Positions 1 through 13,073 of a stretch of 64,000 nt of DNA are shown piece after piece (the first letter of the stretch is position 1; every line of letters starts with the position of its first letter). The DNA lies in assembly GCA_003971905.1 (NCBI GenBank), contig RSEE01000105.1, positions 62,001 to 126,000 of the forward strand. Reading direction: 5' to 3'. The position numbers were made by a program, and so were the translations under genes. This stretch comes from Moniliella sp. 'wahieum'. Its lineage: Eukaryota. The notes under the pieces were generated by a model. It was given only the letters and a program-made list of their open reading frames with translations. It was not told the DNA's origin and made no database searches.

Positions 1-769
1 ATGCGCAGTTGAGTGCGCGTGGGGCCGAGCTGGAGCGGCTACGGGCTGAGATGCGTGGGATGCGAGAAGAGTTGGAGCAAGCGCGCGAAGCGGGATGCGT
101 CCGAAGTGTGTCTCCAAGCTTTAAGAGAGTACCTTGCTCTCTTGCCCAGGACCCTGTGGACGCAGGTGCGTCTGCGTCTGGGTCAGGCGAGAGAGGTCAG
201 GGTCAGGGTCTGGGTCAGGATCAGGGTCGGGGTCCACTTCGGCCCCAGGACCCGTTACACTCAACCTTCCCCCTCTTCCGATCGCCTCGACGGGTGCGCT
301 AGAACCGGGTGACGAAGAGGCGGTTCTCCGTCCCACGCGGCCCACTCATCAGGCGCAGGAATCCTGGTCTACCAAACTAGGCTCGATGTGGCGGCGGGCG
401 ACGACGGCAGGGCCTCAAGATGGCACGGATGGAGGAGAAGGCAAGCCTGGATCTCCCAACTCGGCCGCGAGTCCGGGCAAGCCGATTGACCCGTCTACCT
501 CGACACCAGCGTCGGCCACTTCGACGTCTCCCCGTGCCCGCTCCAACAGTTACGCCCAATCGCTCAGCGTCAACTTCTCAGCCTTGGGTCTGCCCATGGG
601 GCTGGGTCGCGCCGCGAACTCTCCCACGGGGGACGAGCGTCCGGAACCAGTGCCCGAGGAAGAAGAGCCACCGCGACCGAGGGGCAATCTCTCTACCCCG
701 CCACCTCGGCACCTCTTAACCACCTCGTTCCAACCGAGTCCAACCCTGTACCGACGGCGGAACCGGTAG
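1..769 (+). CDS. 3' end of a gene entering from the left edge: coiled-coil segment followed by a Ser/Pro-rich tail, function unknown
   Basis: Heptad-like ELERLRAEMRGMREELEQAR...RDASEVCLQALREYLALL spread over two frames (indels), continuing into ORF 134-769 with a stop at 769. Confidence 0.5.
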
Positions 770-1012
770 CCGTGTAGCCGGCTCACAGGCTAGCGCATGG
801 CCCTGCCCTTCTCGTGCTCCGTTGGTCCACCTGCCGAAAACGTGAAGCCCAAGCTTGGATCTTGGAACTTAAACGTTCGGTCGATGGGACGTGAAGTGTA
901 CCAAGGTATGATGGCCCAATGGGTAGGACTGTGTCGGTGTAACTGGAATCCCGTCGCTGTCTGTGTCTCTGTCTCTGTATCTCCACGCGCCCTGCTCCCT
1001 GTTCCCTGGGTA

Positions 1013-1116
1013 TGACTCACGGCTCACGGCTTCTGACTTCTGACTCTGGCTCATGGCTCATGGCTCATGGCTCATGGCTCATGGCTCATGGCTCATGGTT
1101 CATGGCTTATGGCTTG
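1013..1116. repeat. 7-bp tandem repeat (TGGCTCA)n with degenerate flanks
   Basis: Seven exact TGGCTCA copies at 1047-1095, then TGGTTCA/TGGCTTA; CGGCTCA and TTCTGAC heptamers upstream. Confidence 0.9.
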
Positions 1117-2069
1117 TTCTCATTCTGCATCCTCCCTATCCCCCTGTCCCTCTGTGCTCGGCCCATGGGTCTGTAAGCCGTCCCACCCAGTCTCTCTACC
1201 CTCCTCGCTCCCCTGGATTTGCCTCCGACTTACATCCCGACTTACATTGTACGCTGAGCTACTCGAACCCATACTGTCATGCATGTGCCGATCTCGATCT
1301 GTTACCTCCCCGCCGCCGCAAGGTTTCTTGGGCTCGTGGTGCACTTAGCTACGTATACCTCGGGCGCAAGAGGGGTAGAACGCAGAAACCAGTTGCCCTA
1401 CGGCTCTGCATCGAACCAACATCGAGCGGTAGAACGTGAACGTGAGTTCAGCCTGAGTGTATCGTGCAGAAGAAAGAAAGAGACAGACATGACATGACAT
1501 ACAGCTGGGCACACATGCAGCTGGACTCATAGTTGCGTCCCGCTGTGCCCGGGACGACAGGGGGGGGATACAGACATTTGGACATTGAGCTTTCCCTTAT
1601 TCGCGGGCCTCAAACGCGTGCCTAGGACTGTGAGTAGCAACCCTGGACCTGGGGTAGGCAAGCTTCTCCATCCCACCCTCCCCACTCCCCCCTACCCCCT
1701 TCGCCCACACCACGTCCAGCACAGGAACCAAGCTGAGACCCCTCCACGCCCACATGCTGCGGGCGTGTAGCCTTGCAACGTGCATTCTGAGGCACGAAAG
1801 CTGAAAGCTGAAAGCTGAAGGTTGACGGGGGGGACAGGCGTACGCGCGCCCCACGCGCTTCGCGCATGATCACGAAGTGGCGGCGGACGACGAGCTTGGC
1901 GGGCCGCGGCTGCTGCGGCACGAATGCGCTCTACGACCGCCGCTTCGTCCTGCTCCTGTCGGGGCAAGCTGGGCGGATCGAGGTCAGGCTGCGACCCGGT
2001 GGCTGGGGCGAGGGCAGGGGCGGGCGGGAGACCCTGTACCGGTCCTAGTCCTGGTCCGCTCTAGGTGCT

Positions 2070-3624
2070 ACTGAACGCCGGAGCGCGAGGGGGACGCCGA
2101 TGTGGTCGTTGACGGGGTGGGTTGACGTTGTTTTCGATACCGAGCAGGTTACACAGTGCCACAGTTGTGGGTTCGTGTACCACATTCCTGTGCGTACACA
2201 GACACGTATGCACATACAAGCACGCATGCATCAGTTAGAAAAGTTTTCCAGACAAAGTGGATGGGTAACTGTGTGCCTACTTGCGCCGTGATACGTACCT
2301 TCCAGTCCTGGTCCCATGCTCACGCTCGGCACGAGCGGGGGGCAGTAGGGGTGAATTGTTGGGTGGCCAACACGTCGAAAGAGGCAGTGTGGTGGAGAAG
2401 GTGTAGGGTTTTAGCTTGGACCTCGGCCGGCGTGGGCGGTTGTAATGTCGGCTGGGTGCGTTGGGTAGATTGTTGAGCTTGGGTAAGGGCTAGGATGGCG
2501 AGCCATTCGGGTAGGTAGCGCAATTGCTCCGGCGCAGGTGGGTCAGCCACTTGGTTCTCCGCCTCCTGCTGTGGGTGCGGGGGGATATCGAGGAACTGGG
2601 TGCATGGATAAAGGAGCGGAAGGAAGGTGAGTGGAAGAAGAAGAAAGAAGAACAATCAACTTTGTGAGGGACACTAGACGCGACAGACGGCGTACCTGTA
2701 AATGTTCATTGGCGCGACTGCACTTGCCCAAGGCGAGAAAGCTGGTGTGGGGAGTGGCAGGGCGCCATTGGTGGGTTGGAGGGGACGCTTCTGCCTCTGT
2801 CTCCGCCTCTGTCTCCACCTGGGCCTGCTCCCATCCGATGCGGGCTGGGAACTTGATGTGCATATGGGCGGCGAACCAGTAGCGAGGCCGAACCTTTTCG
2901 CCCATGGCGTCGGACAGCGGGTTGCCCAGCTGGCCGCGTAAGGCATCAGGACGAAAGTACGGTTTGGAAGCAAACAGGCGGTCCTTATCGCCGTACCGAG
3001 TGACCGAGGCTGGCCAGTCATGGGTTAGCAGGACGTCCACAGCCACCTTACCTGCGGTAGCAAGGAGAGACAGACGATCCATGTCGAAGCGACGGACGTG
3101 GTAGGCGCTCCTTACCGAGGCAGGGGAGTACGGAGCGCGTTCCCATCGACCAGCATCGATATCGTGGTCCTTGTAGATCCCACTCAAGCCAGCGACTGTC
3201 AAGCCGGCCACACGTACCGCGCCAGCGTGTCCGAGAAAGTACATGTTAGGCGCGACCCAGCCTCCGAGGGCGAGTTCATCGAGGTACCCGCTCCCCTCGT
3301 GGTTGCCGCCAACCAAGAGAGTGAGGTAGGGCGCAGTGGTAGCGCCAGCATAGTACCGCTGAAAGTCGCCCATGCGTTTGTACTTGTCTGGCACGGCGAG
3401 GCTGGTCAGGTCGGCGTTGCGCAGCGCCTGCACGTCGCCACAGAGAAGCACAAGCTGGGTGCGCTGGCCCGCCGCCTCGTCAGCAGCGGCAATGGTGGCG
3501 TAGATCTTGTCCAGCTCGCCATGGACGCAACCCTGGATGGCGACCTGTCACATCACGTCCGCAGCGGCGGTCAGCGCCAGCGGTGCGCAGCGGGAGGAGG
3601 GATAGGGATACGGACTCGGACCAT
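2070..3624 (-). CDS. DBR1: RNA lariat debranching enzyme (metallophosphoesterase), 3 introns
   Basis: Spliced N-terminus MVR|VAIQGCVHGELDKIY (intron 3545-3615, GTCCGT...GCTGAC...CAG); motifs CGD, GGNHE, GGWVAPNMYFLG, GLSGIY, THDWP, FAAHMH, FLALGKC, RYLPEWLAI and C-terminal YTNPQ; further introns near 2598-2695 and 2190-2298; 3' end approximate. Confidence 0.93.
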
Positions 3625-3991
3625 GGCGGAGGAGGGGGTGGCAGCAACCGTGCGAATAATATTCCCCTTGGGCGATCTAGCATCCTCGACCCCGGTTTCC
3701 AATGTTGGCTGTGTGCTTACTTAACGCACGCGGAGCGCGACTTGAGCGGGGGCCACCTGGGCCTTTTTTTTATACAGCAGAGGCAATCCACGTTCATTCA
3801 GGCCGATCCGCCAACACCCCAAGCGAGGCAGCGGCAGCGTTCAGGAGCAGAGCGGCAGGGGAGCAGGGGGGAAGAATGGCAGGGGAACAGGAGAACAGGA
3901 GAGAAGGGGATGAGGGGATGAGGGGAACAGGCGCAGGGGGGGGAAGGAAACGTCCACAGACCAGATTACGGTCGCCCGTGACCACGTCACG

Positions 3992-5611
3992 TCACCGCGA
4001 CGCGCGGTACACGTAGTGCTTGTTGATCAGATGGAAGGTGGTGGCGTTGATGATGGTAAACAGCCAGAAACACCAGACCGCCCTTTCCGCCGTCGAGGTG
4101 GCCGAGCAAGTTGCGCAAGGGCAAGAAGGTGGAGGAAGCAAGATGTTGCTGAGCCAGTTGATGCTCAGTCCTACTGATCCCGCGAGCGAGGCCGCTTGCG
4201 CGGGACCAACTCGGGCAAGATGAGGAACGGGACGGGGCCCATACCGATCGCAAAGCCCATGACGAAGATGATGATGCATAGGGCGGCAAGGACGTTGGAG
4301 AGGCCCGTCTCGAGACACAAGCCAAGTACAAATGATGATACGACAGTCACTCCCGATGAGAAGAGGAGTAACTTTCTTCGTCCCCACTGGTTCTCCGATA
4401 CGAGGAAGATAGGTGGGAAAGTCATCAGTGCATTGACCACTGTGATCCCCACACTGATTCTCCGAGCAATCTCGTCCGCCCCTTCGCCACCCTCAAAGAA
4501 ACCAGCCATGATGCCCGTGCTAAAGTAGAGAATGGCGTTGACGCCCGAAAGTTGCTGGCCCATCTGGGTAATGACGATCATCCACATGCCCGACCGCAAG
4601 CTAGGGTGGGTGAACAAGTCCTTGACCGTAATGGGGTTGGGCAGGTCACTGCTAGACGAGGCGGACCGAGTGCAGGGAAGAAGAGGGAAGCAATGCCTCG
4701 TGCTCTGGGCTATCACCATCTTCAACCCTACGGCTTGCTCCTCAGGATCTGGGGTGGCAATGGGAGAGGGAAGAGAAGAGGAAGATGGGCAGTTTGGGGC
4801 TCGGCCGCTGCACCGGTACCGGCACATCTGTCTCCGCGAGATCCGGGACGACGGTCCACAGTTGCTTGCGTGCATTGTAGCGAGCATACGAGCATTGGGG
4901 TACGCCAACTGTTTTCAATCGAATGTGGCCCATCGATGGCGACCAACAGGCCCCAGAGCAACTGTACCGCCGACACGCACGAGCTGATCATTGGCACAAA
5001 CCGCCAGGCACTATTGGACTTGCCATTCTTCTTGACTGATTCTGCTGCTAGGGCAACACCAGCACTTTGAGCGACAAAGATACCAATCACGACGCCGAGC
5101 TGGTTCAGCACGCCAATCGAGCCCTGGATCGAGGGCGGGGAGATATCGTTTAGGTACACATGGGACCGCGACCAACGACATGCCCGATCCTAATCCTGTA
5201 ATCGTACGTCCCAGACCTGCCATGCCACCTGAACGAGACACGGAGATACACGCGTTTCCCAGCGCATTAAGCGTGAGCGCGACACCAACGCGCCCCGCAG
5301 ACCCAGGTGGAACCGACGCTGCACCCAAGGCAAGGCCAACGAACCGGCAAACCCACCCACCGTAAACAGTGCCGTGACCAAGCCAAACTGCGTGTCAGAG
5401 AGCGGGATGCAATCCAGAAGTCCGCCCTGGCCACGCGAGGCACCCTGCACGCCGTAGCAGGTCAATGCGCCTTGGAGACTGTTGAGCTCGGAAATGCCAT
5501 AGCCGTAGGAGGAAAGCTGAGCACGACAAAGAGCACCACGAGGTAAAAGCGGATCCGCGGGCGGGCAGCGGACGCGGATGAAGCACCCGCGGCGAGCCCA
5601 GTGTTGGACAT
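3992..5611 (-). CDS. MFS sugar porter (GLUT/Vps73-like), frameshifted in assembly
   Basis: YGYGISELN, FGLVTALFTVGG, GRTITGLGSG, YLNDISPPSIQGSIGVLNQLGVVIG, QQLSGVNAILYFS, WGRRKLLL, FAIGMGPVPFLILPEL, LSINWLSN. Confidence 0.9.
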
Positions 5612-6322
5612 GGGGTCGAGATCTCAGAGGAGAAGGTGGTGGTGGTGGTGGTGGTGGTGGTGGTGGTGGTGGTGATAGTGGTGGCGATGGCGATGGCAAG
5701 ACAGAGCAAGAGAGTGAGATTGGCTGGGGCCGTCGTTGTCGCTCGGAGGGGGAAGGGTGATCTGTCATGATCGGTGATTACGATGTTTCAAGACCAGAGC
5801 GAGCGTCAAGCAACGAGCATCGAGCAGGCGCTTCGATGGGACAATCCTTAATCAAGTCAAGCTACTCAGGATCCGAGCTGGGCAACCTGCTGCGCTGAGT
5901 ACTGAGCGGGCTCTACGGAAGGCTATAGGCTATAGACTATAAGCTAGTGCTTTTAACGGCCCCAAAGCGATCCTGCTCATCCTGCAAGATAGAAGGATGG
6001 ATTCTGTGCGTGACATGCAAAGAGATGATCTCGGTGATCATCGAACGAGAACAGCGTACCACAGGAGCGCGGCCACAGATGATCGATGATCGATGATCGA
6101 ACAGCCATCAGCCATCCGGCCTCAGCCTCAGCGGCCACAGCGCCTCAAGACGACGGTCATCGAATCGAGTTGCCGTAGCTGTGGGGGCAACAACGAAGGA
6201 AGTGTCGTCGCACCTTCGAGCGGACAGCTGTCGATATATTGGTACTAGGGATTACGCTGCTGTGCGAAGGGGCAGAGGGAAGGCAAGGGACCAGTACCCA
6301 AGATTCTCACATCCATTAGGTA

Positions 6323-7465
6323 TTAAAACTTGTATACCTGGTCGGACGTGTACCCGAGCATCTTGAGGATACCCTGCAACTCACCCTGAGTTGAGTTGGA
6401 TCCTTTGGGCCCCGCCAGGGCCGTCACCTGTCCCGGCGGCCCACACACAAACACATGAACCTTCTCTGCGCGCGCCGGGTCGGGGAGGTAACGACGCACA
6501 AGCTCGGGGGTGAGGTAGCCTTGAACCCCGTGCCAGTTGGTGGGAGGCTGATCTAGGCCGTAGACAACGGTAAATTGTGGGTACCGGGAGGCCAAGCGAT
6601 CCAGCTTGTCTCGCAGCAGAATGTCCTGTTCGGTCCGGTTGGTGTACAGGAGAGTGACCTTGGTGGTATCGTTAGGGTCGGAGAGGATGTGGTGGATGAG
6701 TTGCCACATGGGCGTGATGCCGCTCCCGCCAGCCAGGAGGGCAACTTCCTCAAACTGGTTCGTCTCGTACTTCCACTTAGGTATGGGGCCCTTGAATGCC
6801 AGTCGATCGCCCGGGCGGAGGGAGGCTATGTGGTGGCTCATCTGGCCTGTGGGGTAGTCCTTGACGAGCAAGTCAAGGTGGCCCTTTTGGTCAGGGGAGC
6901 TGATGGGGGTGTAAGGACGCAGGAGCGGGTTCCCCTCTTTGTCCGTCAACCCTTCCACCGCCTGGACCAGGACGGCAGAGGCAGTGTACGTGCCAGCCTT
7001 GGCGGATAAGGGCAGGGCAAAGGAGACGAGGTGAGTGTTGTGGTTGTAGGCCGTGTTGCTGCGGACGGTGAGCTGACGGAACTCGTCGGGACTGAGCACG
7101 TCGTCGACAGGCGTCTTGAAGCGGCGGACGTAGTTGTAGCCGCCAGCGGCGATGACAAAGACGCCGAGACGTAGAAGGGGCTTTGGTGGGCGCGCGGCGC
7201 GGGGGGGGCGGATAGGGCGGGCGGGAGGCGCGCGGGCGGCAGTGGAGCGCTTGGTGGGGCGGGTGGTGGAGCGGGTGGAAGCAGGAGAGCGGGAGGAAGC
7301 GGGTGGACGGGTGGAGTAGGGACGGATGGGGGGTGCGCCGGCGGACGGAAGGCGAGGCGAAGGGCGGCAGTAACCGGAGTAACCCCCGCTGGCCGACGGA
7401 TGGCCCAGGCGAGGGGAGCATGGCGGAGGCAACGAAGAACCCAGCGCGGAGATGGATATAAACAT
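6323..7465 (-). CDS. MCR1: NADH-cytochrome b5 reductase, mitochondrial type
   Basis: RPYTPIS, LLVKDYPTGQMS, KGPIPKW, LAGGSGITPMWQ, VCGPPG, GYTSDQVYKF end; Arg/Ser-rich N-terminus plus hydrophobic anchor; exact start uncertain. Confidence 0.9.
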   Translation of the reverse strand: MFISISALGSSLPPPCSPRLGHPSASGGYSGYCRPSPRLPSAGAPPIRPYSTRPPASSRSPASTRSTTRPTKRSTAARAPPARPIRPPRAARPPKPLLRLGVFVIAAGGYNYVRRFKTPVDDVLSPDEFRQLTVRSNTAYNHNTHLVSFALPLSAKAGTYTASAVLVQAVEGLTDKEGNPLLRPYTPISSPDQKGHLDLLVKDYPTGQMSHHIASLRPGDRLAFKGPIPKWKYETNQFEEVALLAGGSGITPMWQLIHHILSDPNDTTKVTLLYTNRTEQDILLRDKLDRLASRYPQFTVVYGLDQPPTNWHGVQGYLTPELVRRYLPDPARAEKVHVFVCGPPGQVTALAGPKGSNSTQGELQGILKMLGYTSDQVYKF

Positions 7466-8181
7466 CCGCCTTCCCTCCTTCCCCCGCCTCGAGGGGGGGG
7501 CGAGACGGATGAGGTCAGCATGAAATGTTCAACTCTCCCCGCCGCCGCCACTGGGACAACTCCTACAAGATGAAGATGGTTAAATCTCGTTGACCTTCGC
7601 AACCTGCCGCAGCTAAGCATCACTCTGATTCCACGTCCAAGTGCTTTCACCCTGATTTCCAGGGTCGGGTTCCGTCTATGAACACGCCGGCATGATGCAT
7701 GACATAGTATGAAGCTTCGCCAACCTCCAGAAGGAGGGGGAGAGAGGGACAAACACAGCGTCCAAAGAGTGACTAGTGATGATCGCCAGCAGCAGCCAGG
7801 AGGACAGAAAAAGAACGTATAACCGGATAACCCCCAATGCAAGTAAAGGATTTCCTTTGGACGACTACATCATCCTATGGCGCGGATGACATGGGACAAA
7901 CAGCAGAAATCCAGGATAGCAAGCAAAACAAATAGTATAGTCATCGGTACGTTTTTGAGTAACAGGCAGGGAGTATACTTGAAGAACAAACAAGAGTCCA
8001 GCGGTCTCCCATTGCATCATGCATCATGCTTTTTGGAATACAGGGCAACAAGTGGATGTTCAACGTGAACTGGGAACTGGGAACTGAGAACTGAGAACCA
8101 TCATGCTGCACAGGCGTCATTAACGTCATTAGACGCCAATCTCAGGCCATGTCAGGTCAAGTCTCAGAGACGTATCAGGGT

Positions 8182-9937
8182 TCAAGCCGCTCCAAAGAAC
8201 TTGAGCATGCCCTGGAAGTCGGGCACGCCCAACCCGCTCGGGGGTCCCAACCGACTTGTGAGCGGAAACACAAGTTGGACACATCGGGGCAACCACAAGT
8301 TTCACCCTTAGTGATATCACGTACCGCGCCACCACCTTGCGCCTCGTACAAGCGAGGATGGACAAATCCAAGGTTCTTCTTACCTTGTTGTCGTAAGGCT
8401 GAATTGACCAGGGCGAGGTGGGCAGCAAAGATGGGTGCAGAAGCCGATGTGCCCGCGACGGTTTGGGTGGTATTTTGGATAACTGTGACGATTGCTTCGC
8501 CCTGCGCTGATACGTCAACAATAGCACGTCCGGTCTGGTTGATGTAGTGGGTAAGGTTGGATGGGAGGTGACGTGCAATGTACGTTTGAGATAAGTTGCG
8601 TTGCCACGATGGCAAGGCATTGAGGTTGGACCAGCCTGCTCCCGACCAGATAGCTACATTTTGCGCTGGGTCACTCAGTGGGTTGGTAGAATGTTCCGGG
8701 TTGGTACCTGCGGTGCCACCTACGACCAAGATGGTATCGGTCGTAGGCCAAGGTGGACTAAGTCCCTTTTGACAACTCTTGTTTCCCTCGTCAACGCCCG
8801 AATCGCCACTGGCAAAAACGACGGTGACACCTTGCGCGGCAAGTGCGAGAGCGGTCTTGTGCCACCGCTGCGCATCGTCTGCCGTCAAGGCCGATTCGGC
8901 CGGGCCGTACGAAACGCTAATCACGCCCGGTTTGGAGGGACGGTCGAGAACCTGCTGCAAGGGCAGGAGAAACATATCGTCTGCATGAGACCCGCTGAGG
9001 AGAAAGTCGACTTTAAGAGGACTGATTAGACCAACAGCCATCTCAAGGTCCAACATGGTCTCTGAACCACTCGTTGCATTGGTCGTAGCTGAATCGATCT
9101 GGTACGTGTCGGTGGAGATGGATGCGTTGGCCTGGTCGGGGCGGTACTGGGCGAGGAACGAACTGAGGTCCGAGTGAGACAGTTTCTCGTCCGAGCCATA
9201 ACCAATGACGAGCAAATCGGTCTGGTTGCCACTAGGCACAGGGGTAAAACCTTGGGAGCCATAGTGCTGTCGGAGACAGTCGATGGTGACAAAGGTATCT
9301 GCGCATCCTTGTGGACTCTTCTTTGCCGAGTCGAGCGCGGTAGCAGCTTGGTCCGCTGTGAACCGACGGCGAATGCGGTGGCGAGGCGCGGGGCGAAGGA
9401 AAGACGTGAGCGGGGTGATGCTCTCCACGCCAGGCAAGTCATCAGGGACAGTGTAAGACTGAGCACGGAACACACGCGAAGCGCCCAACTGATACTCCTC
9501 GAGCGGGGCTTGGAACGCAGACGCAACAACCGAGTGGGTCGTGTTGAACGTGACGCGATCGCCATGGGCACTCCATTGGGCGTGGGTAACGTTGTGCTTG
9601 TGGAGCCAGCGCTGGACGGCACGGGTGTGATGCGGGTGCGGAGCCAGGTAGCTGTGGACTTGGGCGTGGGTGAGCCACTGGGCATGGTGGGACGTGTTGC
9701 GCGCAATGGCGTGGACGTGCTGGTCCAGTTGGTCGAGCGAGGGCGAGGCAAGGTGGAAAGTAAGTGTGTAGGCGGGATCTTCGACGTTCGTGCGGGCCGA
9801 GTGGGGCAGGCGGTGTGCAGCGGCCGAGGGCGGGCGTGGTGGATGTTGGTGTGGGTGTGGGTGTTGGGCGCGGCGGAACCGGCAGCAGCAGCGGTGGCCA
9901 ACGCGGCAGCCGCAGCGGCCAGAAGGAAAGAACGCAT
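8182..9937 (-). CDS. Secreted sedolisin (S53 tripeptidyl-peptidase/aorsin-like) with pro-domain
   Basis: Signal peptide MRSFLLAAAAAALATAAAA; catalytic motifs ETMLDLE, SVSYG, ASGDSG, GTSASAP, DITKG, GWDP; indels in the pro-region and tail. Confidence 0.9.
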
Positions 9938-12141
9938 GAGATGGTGGCGGTGGAGGTCGAGGTGGAGGTGGAGGCGAGGGCGGCAGGGTAGATTATACCA
10001 AGCCAGCCCCCAGCCAACCAGAAGAGCGACCTGCTCGGCATGCTCGCTCGCACACGCACACTGCCCGCGTCCCGTCCCCCCGCGCCCGCCTCCACGCTCA
10101 ACCCTACCCTGTGCGGCCCTACCGCCACCCCGCATTTGAGCATCCTCATGCATCATCCATCATCGATCGTGTACGTGGCTTTCAGTCCGCCAAGCTTCAC
10201 AACAAACAGGGATTGGTGTAAAGTGGAAGCGACTGTGGCGCAGACCAAGAGGACGGGGCGTTTGGTTTCGCGTGGTCCGCTTGATCGGTTGAACGGCCGC
10301 CGGTGCAGGGTGCGTGTGGTGCATCCGACCAGGACGTGGAGCTGACGGCAGACACTCCTGGATCAGCTCGGTGGCGGACGAAGACCCAGGCGCCCGTACG
10401 TCCCGGTCCCAGTCCCACATGTCGATCCGATCGTCGGAGTAGGTGCGGCGGTAGGTCCGGGCGACGCTATGGCACGGAACTTATTTTAGCACTAGCACTA
10501 ACACTTGCTTATACCAAGCTACTCTGGCTGGCCAGGAAGGAAAGCCATGCGTCTGTGGAGCAGATGGAGCGCGGGTAGGGGTAAGAAGAGCGTTGGGCCA
10601 GGATGAGCGGGGTGCAAGTGGGCGCTGCAGCCATCGCCACGGTAAGTGGAATTGGTCGGTGGTGGCTGCCCACAGGTGGAGAGAGAGCCATTATGCGGTG
10701 GGCCTGGTGAGGTGACGTATATGTTGGTCGTAGGGTACTATACTCTGGCGGTGGTGGTGGGGATGAGCACGTGGTAGTGGGCGGCAAGGCGTGCAAGGCG
10801 TAGTGCAGGCCGAGGCCGTCGTGATCCAGCGGCAGCTGTAGCGAAAAGAAGACACGGGAGAAGTACGGGTTGGTATAGGTTTCGCTTGGGCTGGCGGGCA
10901 AGTTGCTGGCAAGAGAGTGTGAGAGTGAAAGTGCGAGAGAGGGCACGGCCGTGTTGCGGTAGTACACTGGTTGAACCGAGGGGGGACGATGTCCGAGTGC
11001 CAGGAGTGCCGGTTCACCTTCACGTGCACGTGCACGCTCGAGTGCCGGTTGAGCGCGGTGAGCAGGCCCGATGCGAGTGCGAGTGCGACACATCTCACCC
11101 CAGGGCGAGGAGGAGCAGTCAGTCTTCGCCCCGCCCACGATACGCGGCTCACGGGCCGCAGTACTCGGGGGTTTAGACGGATCCCATCCACACGCTCTAG
11201 AGCGTCTCACAACGCGAGAGGAAGCAGAAGCGGATGCGGCGAGGGGGAAAGCAGTAGCAGTCCAAGGCGTTGCCGAAAGCCAAGCAAGGTGCCCCCCAGC
11301 GAGAAGGCGACGACAATGAAGGTTTTGCAGCGGAAGTGAAAGCGGATATGACGCACGAGGAAGAGGTAGAGATAGAGGTACCTCGCCACGGTATTGAGGA
11401 ACAGCGGGGCGGGGCGGGCCAGGAGAGCCGAGGTGAGGCCGATGGGGCCTACACGCCTACACGTAAGCGTTCATCCAGACTAAACGTGTGATGCACGCGT
11501 TGGCGCTGTTGGCCGTGGCAGTTGGCGTTTGAGGCGGGCGCTTATGGGAGGGGGCCCGCCCCTCCTCCCCGGCGGGGCATCTTGTTGTGCAACAAGTAAT
11601 GCAGCCGCAGCGCTGCCAGCGCCTCGTGGGTTAGATCCATCCATCCATCATCATCCATTATCCATCCATCTGTGCGTCGTAGTCCGCCCCACGACGCACT
11701 ATTGCATATCTCCGAACCGATATGCATACTGGAACCACATGTGCCTAGTGGTCTATCCCGTTCTGGTCTGTACCCTCTATCTTGCCGCCTACCTCGTTCA
11801 ACGTTCAACCTCGAGAGTGGAAAGCAGGAGTGTCATGCGAGACGAGCCGGGGAACATGAGGTATCGGCCCCTGAGGAGAAGACGAACAAAGCAGCCCCCC
11901 CCCCAGGCAAGCGCAGCTAAAGGGTGGATGTGCCGGTGGGGAAGGGGGGAGGGGAGGGTGTGGGGCGTGGAACGCACAACGCAGAATGGGAAAGTAGGAA
12001 CGAGACAAGGAACCAGGGAGCCTACAAGCCTGCAGGCCTACACGACACGCCTACAAGCGGCAAGCGGGCGGATATCCACGTAGGCAGGCAGGCAGGCAGA
12101 CAGACAGACAGGCAGGTGTGCGTATGTCTAGGCGGGAGAGG

Positions 12142-12428
12142 CTAGGCGACCACCTCGCCCTTGAGGACCTCCTTGCCGGTCTTTTTGATCTTTTCCAAGA
12201 CCGTGTCGTAGGGCGCAGAGCCCTTGACGACGACGCTCTGCTGGTCGAGGTTGACGTCGTAGGAGGAGACGCCATCGAGCTTGCCCAGCACGCGGCTGAC
12301 GGCGCCGCTGCAGCCGCTGCCAGGTCATCTTGACGGTAAAGTGGTACTCGTGCTGGGGGGGGGGGGGGGGGGGGGTCAGGCGGGGATGCGGAGGGGGGCA
12401 AGGAGGAAGGGCCACGTACCTCGGCCAT
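12142..12428 (-). CDS. ATX1: Copper chaperone (HMA domain), 1 intron
   Basis: MAE|HEYHFTVKMT[C]SGCSGAVSRVLGKLDGVSSYDVNLDQQSVVVKGSAPYDTVLEKIKKTGKEV after removing intron 12353-12419 (GTACGT...CTGAC...CAG) and one extra base in MTCxxC. Confidence 0.92.
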
Positions 12429-12997
12429 GGTGGGAGAGGGAGGGGGGTGGAGGGGAGGGGCGAGGGAGCGCAGCTGGGCCAGCGGGGGTTTCAAGGGACG
12501 GATCGCCGATCTGATCAGGCAGGGAAAAGGTGCTGCGGCCGGAGTTTCGCCTGTGGGCCTTGCATCGCAGACTGATTAGGGATTAGGCTTAGGAGCGGGG
12601 GCTTACCTCAGCAGCGCCCATCGGGTGCTAGGGTTGATGGCGTGCTGCAGCAGCAGGGTTAAACATGTGCGTTTGGGCTCACCCACAGGGGTTATAAACC
12701 CACAGGCACGGGTTGCACGGCGGCATGGACCATGGTCGGAGTTGGGCGGGGTACAATGGTACATAGGAGCAGATACGTACGTCGCTATCATAACCACCCC
12801 CGCCACGGCGGGGGTGTGCATGGCTGTCGCATGTATATTCGAATGCGCGCTCGACGGACCCCAGACGACGACGCACCCCTGGCCGCAGCCCACGCGTGAC
12901 GGGCGTGGCGTGTGCGTTCTGCTATAAGGTTCCTACACAGTGCTCACATACTATACCCACACCAGTAGGCTACCCGTCTCGCCCGCTGCGCCCACCG

Positions 12998-13060
12998 CAT
13001 CCATCCATCCATCCATCCATCCATCCTCCATCCATCCTCCATCCATCCTCCATCCATCCT
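12998..13060. repeat. (CCAT)n microsatellite just upstream of the RhoGEF start
   Basis: Directly visible CATC/CCAT array; similar arrays at 11636-11670 and 45960-46085. Confidence 0.9.
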
Positions 13061-13073
13061 CCCCCCCCCCAGC

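Noticed and set aside
2070..3624. DBR1 (a host factor for Ty1 retrotransposition) in the same window as a copia element
   Set aside because: 18 kb apart with unrelated genes between; no evidence of linkage.
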